Origin: Oligoflexales bacterium
GTDB taxonomy: Bacteria; Bdellovibrionota_B; Oligoflexia; Oligoflexales; Bog-1112
Assembly: GCA_045105515.1 (NCBI GenBank)
Contig: JBGCDR010000454.1
Coordinates: forward strand, 1 to 27,570
Direction: 5' to 3'
DNA: 27,570 bases
The notes beneath the pieces were generated by a model. It did not search any database. It saw only the letters and a list, made by a program, of their open reading frames with translations, and was not told the DNA's origin. Positions within the stretch are counted from its first letter, which is position 1; each line of letters opens with the position of its first letter. Made by a program: the position numbers and the translations under genes. This document shows positions 19,727-27,157 of this stretch, in pieces.

Positions 19727-19845
19727 CCCACCCGAAATCCTCAGAAAAAAATTCTAACTTGCTATTTTGAGTTATTATTATCAACTCCTCTTGAAAAAGG
19801 AAACCCTAGATAGTTACTTTAAATTTAGTGGAGGTATTAAAAGAT

Positions 19846-20292
19846 TTATTTTTTTAACAGTTTTTTAATGATCAACTTCTGTTTATCAATCTTGTGGTTC
19901 AACTTGTTGATCACGACCCTTAGTTCCTTAATTTCATCTTTACTTTTAATGAACTCTTCTTCAATACGGGTAAGATATACCTCAGGAGTGACTCCTTCTT
20001 TCAAGCCTGAAAGAATATCTTCGTTAGTTTTTTCATCCAGTCCGGGAGGGGTCGCTGTGTACACCAATTTTTTAGCAGCATTGCTCTTTCCAATTAACTT
20101 ATCCCTAGCCTCCTCAGGGATACTCTTGTAAAAATATGCACCCCCCCCTATTGCTAAAACGAGTAGGGTAATTAAAAGCCTAAACACCCATTTTCCACGT
20201 TTTGCATTAATCTCTAGAAGCATTTGTGATGAATTGGTCATGAATTCTATTTTCACCTTGTATTCAAGTATGTCTAAGGTATCGGTCGGCAA
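19846..20292 (-). CDS. Single-TM protein with a C-terminal coiled coil (likely start ATG 20241)
   Basis: TM segment WVFRLLITLLVLAIGGGAYFY and coiled-coil tail. AAGGTGA RBS at 20253-20259 favours ATG 20241. Confidence 0.7.
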   Translation of the reverse strand: MPTDTLDILEYKVKIEFMTNSSQMLLEINAKRGKWVFRLLITLLVLAIGGGAYFYKSIPEEARDKLIGKSNAAKKLVYTATPPGLDEKTNEDILSGLKEGVTPEVYLTRIEEEFIKSKDEIKELRVVINKLNHKIDKQKLIIKKLLKK

Positions 20293-20498
20293 ACCAGCTA
20301 AAAAACATAAGTTTGGCCTTGGGCCAAAGTTCTAAACTTGCTGTAATTATTAATTAATCCATGATTGACTTTGATTTTTCGTTACTTTTTTCTTAATTTA
20401 GCAACAACATCTCCTTTAATAGTTCATGCTATAAGCTAGATTCCATGGTTTTAAGCATGTATTTTTATGAGGATATATAAACATCATTAAGTTTTTAC

Positions 20499-20525
20499 TA
20501 AATCAAATATTGATTTTTCCGAACA
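20499..20525 (+). promoter_or_regulatory. Putative sigma28-type promoter of the HD-GYP gene
   Basis: TAAA-N15-TCCGAACA, 66 bp upstream of ATG 20592. Confidence 0.5.
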
Positions 20526-20591
20526 AATCCTTTGGAGGGTACAGAGTACCATGTGCACCTATGTCAACTATCTTGAATACTAGGAAGAGCA

Positions 20592-21803
20592 ATGACTGAT
20601 AATGCAAAGAAATTCGTGATTAAGGAAGCTACGAGGAAACGGTGTAAAATTATCCCAGCAGATGAAAAAACCTTAAAACGCTTTATCCCTATTTGCTTAG
20701 AGCTATTTCCTTACCTTAAAGAAGTAGAAAAAATAGACTTTTCGCTGTTTTTTCGTAACGGTGATGAGATAATTGAGTTTATAAAGCCTAATGAATTGAG
20801 CACTGAGTTGCTAGAACAAATGTGGGCAGCATCCCTAAAGCCTGCTGCACTTGTGGAAATCTGCCTCTATCGTTCTGACTACAAAAAATTTGAGGCCATG
20901 ATTGACTCTGTAAGAAGTAAAAAAATCAAAGCAGTTCTCGAAATGGACAGAACTTTGGACCCAAAGGTTACCGAGGTGTATTCAACTCTAAGTTCCGCAA
21001 GCCAAATGATAGTTCGAGGTGGCATCACCAATCATGTAGCTAATCAAGCTATTGCAGCAACCGCAACTCTTATGTCTACTCAAATTGATAGCGAAGTAGC
21101 CGTAGGTACTTTGAGTCGCATGATAAACTGCGATTCTTCTCTTTATGATCACAGTGCATCTGTGGCAATGCTTTCTGCAATTATTGCTAGTAGCTTCTTA
21201 CCGAACCCATTACACAAACAAGAGTGCGAAGTAGTTGCCCAATGTGGCCTTTATCATGATGCAGGAAAATCCTGTGTCCCTAATCATGTCTTAAATAAAC
21301 CAGGAATTTTCACACCTGAAGAATTTGAAATCATGAAATTCCATACCCAACACGGCTATGATGAACTTATTAAAGCTATTGGCAAAGGCGCACCTATCCA
21401 TGATGTTAGCGCAAGAGTTGCTTTAGAGCACCATGAGCGATTTACTGGAAAAGGATATCCAAACCAACGCAAGGGGAGGTTAGAAGATGACGAAAATGGG
21501 ATTCATCAATACACTAGAATCGTTTCGATAGCCGACGTATACTCGGCATTATTGATGAAACGCGTCTATAAAGATGCTTTGACCTCTGCTGAAGCTATCA
21601 AACTAATGAAAAAAGTAGCAGAAAATGACTTTGACCCACTTATCTTTGACCCATTTTACAATCATGTAATGTCAAGCATAGATCTATTTGATAAGAAAGA
21701 AGAAGCTATCAATGAAAACTTTGGTTCTGTTCGTATGATTGGTAAATCCGAGAGCTTTAGCAAAGCCTTGAAAGAAGCTCAAGATAAAAATAAAGTTTCT
21801 TAA
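20592..21803 (+). CDS. HD-GYP domain cyclic-dinucleotide phosphodiesterase
   Basis: Motifs DHSASVA, GLYHDAGK, LNKPG.FT.EEF..MK.H...G, HHERFTGKGYP, IADVYSAL...RVYK and FDP. Confidence 0.92.
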   Translation: MTDNAKKFVIKEATRKRCKIIPADEKTLKRFIPICLELFPYLKEVEKIDFSLFFRNGDEIIEFIKPNELSTELLEQMWAASLKPAALVEICLYRSDYKKFEAMIDSVRSKKIKAVLEMDRTLDPKVTEVYSTLSSASQMIVRGGITNHVANQAIAATATLMSTQIDSEVAVGTLSRMINCDSSLYDHSASVAMLSAIIASSFLPNPLHKQECEVVAQCGLYHDAGKSCVPNHVLNKPGIFTPEEFEIMKFHTQHGYDELIKAIGKGAPIHDVSARVALEHHERFTGKGYPNQRKGRLEDDENGIHQYTRIVSIADVYSALLMKRVYKDALTSAEAIKLMKKVAENDFDPLIFDPFYNHVMSSIDLFDKKEEAINENFGSVRMIGKSESFSKALKEAQDKNKVS

Positions 21804-21826
21804 AATATTTATAATTACAGCTTAAA

Positions 21827-21883
21827 AGCCCAGCTCCAAATTTTACATTTTCAATTATTACCAACTCCCTTCGGAGCTGGGTT
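21827..21883. terminator. Inverted repeat between convergent genes (possible terminator or REP-like element)
   Basis: CCCAGCTCC (21829-21837) pairs with GGAGCTGGG (21873-21881) across a 35-nt spacer. Confidence 0.4.
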
Positions 21884-21920
21884 CGGCTGTTTATCAAAGC
21901 TACTAAATTTGAGAGAAACG

Positions 21921-22919
21921 TTACAGACTTTTACAACAACGAAAACCTAAGTGATAGTTTTGATGACTTTTAGGGTGAGCAAGGGATGTGCCGTGCCAGT
22001 AAGGAGCCCTCCAAAGGCAGTCATCAGGGTGTGCTGAATATTTCTTAAAAATAAACCAACTTCCTTTCATCTCTACATGACCTGTAGATCCCTCGCGAGT
22101 TAACTGTCCAGGAAAAAGTGGAAGATTCATATGCTCTGCTGCATTGCCATGCTGATCATAGACTCCTAAACTGCTTTTGCATTCAGGAAAGTACCCACTA
22201 GGATATGTATTAGATCCGCAGTGCTTCCACACACTTTTACCAGTTTGTAAGGCTTGATTACATGATGAGCTCTTAGCACTATTGGTACCGCACTTACTAT
22301 GGTCCTGTGAAAAGCCGTATGCCCAAACCTTCTTTCGAGCAGCATTGATCTTTTTTCTTTGCGATCGGTGGGCTGTTTTTACTGAGGTACCTGGTTCACT
22401 AAGTACATATTGATCTCCTTCATAGCTGCCTGAGCAAGCCTGTTCCCATTCCGAAGCATCACAAAGCCTTTTACCTACAGCCTCGCATATTTGATGAGCA
22501 GTTGTAGCTCTAGCCCAAACGACCGGATAGTCACAGGGGATATTTGGAAATTCAAACTGATCTATACAAACCTTTGCTTTGCCCTCTGGTTCCATAGGCC
22601 CATGTAAAGGAGCCATATAGCGATCTTTGCAGATATTTGTAAACTTGGGATTGTCATATATACTTGCTTGTTTAGTAGATTGTAAGCACTCTTTTCGTGA
22701 TACCGGATGTTTAGTTGGACCTGGATTGCCCTGGCTAATACTGGAATACGAAAAATATATCTTTTTTAAAGAATCCATTTTTTGCTGATCAAATTTGTGA
22801 ACATCTTTAATACGTTCAAGTAGAGATTCTTTTTGTTGTCTCAATGCTTCTTGAGCTTGAACTTGGCTAGCAATCACTATTGACAATAGTACTAAAAAAA
22901 TCTGATAGTTTAATTGCAT
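21921..22919 (-). CDS. Secreted SUMF1/FGE-sulfatase-fold (formylglycine-generating-enzyme-like) protein
   Basis: Motifs CIDQFEFPN, C...GKRLC...EWE.AC, C.S..GVYDQHGNAAE, KGSW and GFRCC. Start moved to ATG 22919, which gives a signal peptide and removes the overlap with the upstream gene. Confidence 0.85.
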   Translation of the reverse strand: MQLNYQIFLVLLSIVIASQVQAQEALRQQKESLLERIKDVHKFDQQKMDSLKKIYFSYSSISQGNPGPTKHPVSRKECLQSTKQASIYDNPKFTNICKDRYMAPLHGPMEPEGKAKVCIDQFEFPNIPCDYPVVWARATTAHQICEAVGKRLCDASEWEQACSGSYEGDQYVLSEPGTSVKTAHRSQRKKINAARKKVWAYGFSQDHSKCGTNSAKSSSCNQALQTGKSVWKHCGSNTYPSGYFPECKSSLGVYDQHGNAAEHMNLPLFPGQLTREGSTGHVEMKGSWFIFKKYSAHPDDCLWRAPYWHGTSLAHPKSHQNYHLGFRCCKSL

Positions 22920-22932
22920 AATAGATCTTTTC

Positions 22933-23202
22933 TTATTTTTCTTCAGGTGAATAATCGTCCATTTCTGAATCACTTATTTTACTGAAACCATTAGGGAGTT
23001 CTTCATGATCTTCCTCTTCCTCTAAATTTAATACGACTTGATTCAGCTCTTCATCAAGGGGTATGATTTCAACACCTTCATCGTCATCTCCTTCCTCAGA
23101 CTCATAGCCATCAATACTGCCTAAAAACAATGGCTTCGGCAAATATTGAGTAAAAGCTAGCATATTGATGAAAGTATTTGATTTAAATTGCTGAAATTCC
23201 AT
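22933..23202 (-). CDS. Small, highly acidic hypothetical protein
   Basis: 89-aa ORF with a GAGGTG RBS and D/E-rich sequence. Its stop lies 13 bp before the FGE-like start. Confidence 0.65.
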   Translation of the reverse strand: MEFQQFKSNTFINMLAFTQYLPKPLFLGSIDGYESEEGDDDEGVEIIPLDEELNQVVLNLEEEEDHEELPNGFSKISDSEMDDYSPEEK

Positions 23203-23337
23203 GGCAACACCTCTTTAAACTCCTTACTAAAACACTTATATTCTAGTCCAAGATGCTTTGAGTAAAAAGGGGTGACAAAAAAAGAAGGGAAGAAATTTAT
23301 TTTAAATCTTGTACATTGAAGAAGTTTACCTAGGATA

Positions 23338-24783
23338 TTACTTTGTATTTTCTGTGTATTTTTTCGGTTGGCTGGCTTTTATGGTTCCAAGCTGGTTAAT
23401 CGCCAGCCTAATTTCCTGGGCACCTTTTGCATAGATTCCGTTCACGGCCTCATACTCCTTCTTCAAAGTAAGGCTTGTCATTCTGCGATCACTATTCAAA
23501 TAGTCCGTAAGCGGACCTGTTATTTTTGCCCAACTATCTCTTTGCTTCTGGGTATCGTTACTTGCTAGTTGGTCAAGATTTGCCATGATTTGTTGGTGAA
23601 AAAACTTCATAAAATATTTATAGAGCAAAATGTTCCAACCTGCATACAAGAAGGTGCCTAAGATACCTCCCCAGAGTATTGCGATTCCATCACTAATTTC
23701 ACCAAAAGGCTGAACCAGATCAAGGTAAAGCCCAATTGAAGCAGCAAAAAAAAGGGCTCCTAATAGACCAAAGAGGCTCATCCGTAAACTGAAAGTGCTT
23801 CGCTTTTTATTGTAAGCAATTAATGCTCCCAATAAAGTAGAAAGCCTACTACTATGATGCTCCACAAAACTTGCAAGGTGATCAAGCCGATGCTTAGGAG
23901 CATTGAGAATAGCTTGCTGCAACTCGTCTCTCTGGTTGGCTAAATAATTCAAAAAAGGTTTCGACTCTCTTCCGGAAGCAGCCTCCTTTTCAGCATATGT
24001 TAAAAGAATCCTAGGGATATCTTTTCGTCCGGTCATCTGAGATAAGTTCCAGCATAAGGTTCCATAAACCCGTAACAAATCCTCTAAATTGCCACATTCA
24101 TCGATTCGATTGAGGACAAAGATGAGCCTATCTTCGAATGTTTTCTCTGGAAGCGTCTCTCTCAAACTCGCATAGGATTCTCTGACAGTTCCCGCTTTAT
24201 GGGGATCAAAAAGGACCAATACAAGATCAGATAACTGCGCCAAATCACCTATGACTTCTTGGTAATCATACCCCCGATCTTTTTCTGTCACCGAGTCTAA
24301 CATCCCTGGAGTATCAATAATTGCTAAATTTTTTAACTTTGGCACTCCCTTCACTTTTTTCAAACGAAAATGAGAAGCAAAACGATCACCATATTTTTTA
24401 AGGATTTCGAAGGGGTACTGAGGGTCATATAGAAGAACCTTGCCATCTCGTTCATCAAGCTCTTGAGCCTCAGCATGTTCCTCATCATCATCCATAGATG
24501 TTATTACCGTGAAGCAGTCATCAGTCGGAGCCTGGCCGGAATGCTGCACTTGTTTTCCCAGAAATTCATTGATCAAAGTTGACTTACCAGAAGAATAATT
24601 TCCTAACAAAAGGACAACAGGCTTCCACTTGATTTTTGATTCAAGGGGAACCTCACTGTAACGATACTTTAATGCGAGAGGGGTCAATTCTCGCTCAATT
24701 AGGTAGAGAAGCTCTTTACGCAGAGCATCAATATAAGTTTCTCGATCACTATTTATACGATTGTCCTGCTCCATATTTGCCAC
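23338..24783 (-). CDS. Dynamin-superfamily NTPase of the EHD/sarcalumenin type with a two-TM hairpin
   Basis: Motifs GNYSSGKST, GQAPTDD.FT, IDTPG, DRGYDY, LFDPHK, VLNRID and LLRVYGTLCWNL. Two hydrophobic helices near the C-terminus. Confidence 0.88.
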   Translation of the reverse strand: MANMEQDNRINSDRETYIDALRKELLYLIERELTPLALKYRYSEVPLESKIKWKPVVLLLGNYSSGKSTLINEFLGKQVQHSGQAPTDDCFTVITSMDDDEEHAEAQELDERDGKVLLYDPQYPFEILKKYGDRFASHFRLKKVKGVPKLKNLAIIDTPGMLDSVTEKDRGYDYQEVIGDLAQLSDLVLVLFDPHKAGTVRESYASLRETLPEKTFEDRLIFVLNRIDECGNLEDLLRVYGTLCWNLSQMTGRKDIPRILLTYAEKEAASGRESKPFLNYLANQRDELQQAILNAPKHRLDHLASFVEHHSSRLSTLLGALIAYNKKRSTFSLRMSLFGLLGALFFAASIGLYLDLVQPFGEISDGIAILWGGILGTFLYAGWNILLYKYFMKFFHQQIMANLDQLASNDTQKQRDSWAKITGPLTDYLNSDRRMTSLTLKKEYEAVNGIYAKGAQEIRLAINQLGTIKASQPKKYTENTK

Positions 24784-25277
24784 TTTCTCTCAAAAATAGC
24801 TATTCGCACTTAGCTGGGTTTGAGCCAGTTGTTGGTAAAAACCCACCGAAGCTCTCAGGGAGAAGGTTTAACTTCCCTCCTTTCAAGGAGCTACAGATAC
24901 CTCTCCTTTAAAGAGCAGGCCTCATTAAGATGGGGAAATCCTTTGTAGCTGCAAATACTTACCAAATTTCTGTAGGCAGCCTGCTTAAAAAGGTATAATA
25001 ATCATCGACCATAAGAAAGACATTTGTTTAACGCTCAATTTATACAGATAAATTCAATTGTATCAGCATCTTATTCCTAAAGAATCTTTTGTTAAAATAC
25101 CTCAATATACCTCGGCTTTTTAATAAAAAATGTAAAACCAGGCCCAAACACCTGCCCAAAATAACTTTATCTGGGCTCATAATTACACCTTAATTTAATT
25201 GGGTTTTTCATAGTATTTTAATAGTTAATCAAATAAGGTAAAAACCCTCTATTCAAGGTCACTTCTAGCCATCCAGC

Positions 25278-25305
25278 TTGCAAGAAAAAAAATAGTGAAT
25301 AAGAT
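25278..25305 (+). promoter_or_regulatory. Putative sigma70 promoter of the rep-like operon leader
   Basis: TTGCAA-N16-TAAGAT immediately upstream of the structured leader. Confidence 0.5.
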
Positions 25306-25321
25306 TGATTTAACTAGAAGA

Positions 25322-25398
25322 TTTTGACGAGCCTTGAAGTTGCGCCAAACAACAACAAAGCTCTTAACAAACCCCTGTCAAAACCAGAGGAGTGCCTA
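25322..25398 (-). ncRNA. Candidate cis-antisense RNA / structured leader upstream of the rep-like gene
   Basis: Hairpin GAGCCTTG-aa-GTTG-[CGCCAAA]-CAAC-aa-CAAAGCTC (25329-25363) with outer arms TTTTGAC/GTCAAAA. A minus-strand TATAAT lies at 25405-25410. Confidence 0.45.
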
Positions 25399-25473
25399 AT
25401 GGCTATTATAGATTTCAAACCCCCGCGTATAAAGCTCAAAACCCCACTAAGATCAAAAATACAATCAGACTAA
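25399..25473 (+). CDS. Candidate 24-aa leader peptide MAIIDFKPPRIKLKTPLRSKIQSD
   Basis: Strong GAGGAG RBS at 25387-25392, ATG 25399 and TAA 25471-25473. Shorter than any ORF in the supplied track. Confidence 0.45.
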   Translation: MAIIDFKPPRIKLKTPLRSKIQSD

Positions 25474-25509
25474 CACTTTAAGTACCAGACTAATTCATGT
25501 GCGACTTTG

Positions 25510-25527
25510 TTTAGCTACTTAGCTAAA
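25510..25527. promoter_or_regulatory. Operator-like palindrome
   Basis: TTTAGCTA-ct-TAGCTAAA, a perfect 8-bp inverted repeat. Preceded by CAGACTAA direct repeats at 25466 and 25486. Confidence 0.4.
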
Positions 25528-25652
25528 TAGAATCGAATTGGTCAAATTTTAGGCGGTTTCTTTTATAAAAATGACCTGACCTAAGCAGCACTACGTTTTT
25601 AAAAAACCACTTCTTAAAGCTCTCGCTTTCAAAGAAAGAGGATAGGTAGATT

Positions 25653-26978
25653 ATGTCAAAAATTAAGACAACAGGCGCAGCTCGGCGAGCAGAACCAGAG
25701 ATTCCCGCTGTAGGATCTAGAGCGATCGAAAAACACCTTTCATGGCTACCTCTCAAAGGCTCTATTCAATCAATCTTTCTGATGATAGCTAAAGACACTC
25801 GAAACTGGGAAGATGGCACACTTAAAAAGGTCACCATGACCAACAGAGAGATAGCTCGTCAGTTTCATCACTCTGCAAGAACAGTTCAAAGATGTACTAG
25901 CTTACTTCTTGAAAAAGGTTACATCGAAAAGCACGTGGATCGCAAAAATGTAGCTGGAAACGTAATTACAATCGGAAATGAATTTGTAGTACCCGATTAT
26001 GTTTTCCATGTTGCCAGTCTTCATAAGCTAACTAGCTCAATCAACAACCTGCAAAGAGCTGGATACGACGCCTCTGATAAAAGGGCTGAATATGCAAAGA
26101 TAGCATGGCACCTTCGCAGTATTGGAGCAAAGCAGCATTTTTTTACGGCTCCTGCAAAAATGTCACCCCCCCACGACATAGGTGTCAGGGTTAACTCTAC
26201 AAGAGCTGCTGATAAAACAAGATCTCACTCTTGCAAAACTAAACCAAAACCAAAAACCGAGGCTAAAACATTTGACCCACCCAAGGAGCTGGTGAGTGAG
26301 ATTTTTAAAAAATTAGAATCAATTTCTTTATGCGATCGCTTTGCCAAAGCCCTCAAGCAAGCACCAGAATCTAAGCGTTCTATCACAAGTATTTGCTCCA
26401 ATATTGCAAGATTAAGCGTCGATGGAAATGTGGATCAGATTATCGAACAGTTGAGTAAATCTCTTTCTCTGATTGAAAAATACGAATGCTTACAAACCCC
26501 AAGACCATGCCTAAAACCACATTCACTAGCAAGGTTGCTGTTCTTAGAAGAGCTGGAAAAAAGCCTAGAAAACTCTGCAGCATTTGTGATGGATCGTATC
26601 AAAAAGAAGGGCCAAACTTATCATGAATATGACATCAAGCGAATTGCAAAAATGCTTAGTATTAGTCCCAATGGGGATGAAAAATCAGGCAAACCTCAAA
26701 ACCTAGATGGACGAGATAATCATAGAACACAAACAAAGATGCCCCCTAAGCCTCAAAGTAAACCAAAAACAGATGTTCCTAAGCCTGTGCCTACTCATAG
26801 GCCTGTTCACAAGCCTAAATCGATCGAAGAGTATGACTTAGCTATTCAAGCTCACTTCCAAAAAATGGGTCAAGATTGTTTAGACATTTATCTCACTAAT
26901 GGACGTGCATATCTAAACGACTTCCAAGACTTTCAGAACTTCTATGAAATCCACTGCAGTACAAAGGAGCTAACATGA
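25653..26978 (+). CDS. Winged-helix DNA-binding protein, plasmid/phage replication-initiator-like
   Basis: wHTH MTNREIARQFHHSARTVQRCTSLLLEKGYI, AKMSPP linker as seen in phage/plasmid initiators, and a K/P-rich second linker. Confidence 0.6.
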   Translation: MSKIKTTGAARRAEPEIPAVGSRAIEKHLSWLPLKGSIQSIFLMIAKDTRNWEDGTLKKVTMTNREIARQFHHSARTVQRCTSLLLEKGYIEKHVDRKNVAGNVITIGNEFVVPDYVFHVASLHKLTSSINNLQRAGYDASDKRAEYAKIAWHLRSIGAKQHFFTAPAKMSPPHDIGVRVNSTRAADKTRSHSCKTKPKPKTEAKTFDPPKELVSEIFKKLESISLCDRFAKALKQAPESKRSITSICSNIARLSVDGNVDQIIEQLSKSLSLIEKYECLQTPRPCLKPHSLARLLFLEELEKSLENSAAFVMDRIKKKGQTYHEYDIKRIAKMLSISPNGDEKSGKPQNLDGRDNHRTQTKMPPKPQSKPKTDVPKPVPTHRPVHKPKSIEEYDLAIQAHFQKMGQDCLDIYLTNGRAYLNDFQDFQNFYEIHCSTKELT

Positions 26979-27157
26979 GACCTCTTTTCAAGTCGGATGG
27001 TGAACCTACCCTAGACCCAAATGGCAGATGGGTTAAGAGAGCAGGGGTTCAAGTCTACCTCCATTACTGCCTTTCTAAGAAGCATAGTTACGTTGACCCA
27101 AACATGGCTGAAAAATGTTGCTCATATAAAAAGGAGAAATCAAATGGCTGGAGCTAA
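26975..27157 (+). CDS. Small hypothetical protein with Cys/His residues
   Basis: AAGGAG RBS, ATGA overlap with the upstream stop, and YC...H.......KCC motif. Confidence 0.65.
   Translation: MRPLFKSDGEPTLDPNGRWVKRAGVQVYLHYCLSKKHSYVDPNMAEKCCSYKKEKSNGWS

Noticed and set aside
22920..22973. ORF-track N-terminal extension of the FGE-like gene
   Set aside because: It overlaps the upstream gene. ATG 22919 gives a clean signal peptide.
24844..24862. Glycine-riboswitch-like words CACCGAAG and CTCTCAGG
   Set aside because: They are directly fused without the intervening P3 elements, there is no upstream GGAGA, and no gene follows closely on that strand.
24800..24875. tRNA-like T-arm (CTGG-CTCAAAC-CCAG, minus strand) as a tRNA or att site
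   Set aside because: The loop lacks TTC, and no acceptor, D or anticodon arms can be built.
620..25756. Short ORFs nested in or antisense to long genes (e.g. 620..820, 8231..8650, 10538..10813, 16078..16419, 24636..24911, 25523..25756)
   Set aside because: They overlap better-supported genes and show no recognisable motifs.
26745..26820. AAGCCT repeats in the rep-like gene as iterons
   Set aside because: All are in frame as Lys-Pro within a low-complexity linker, so the protein sequence explains them.
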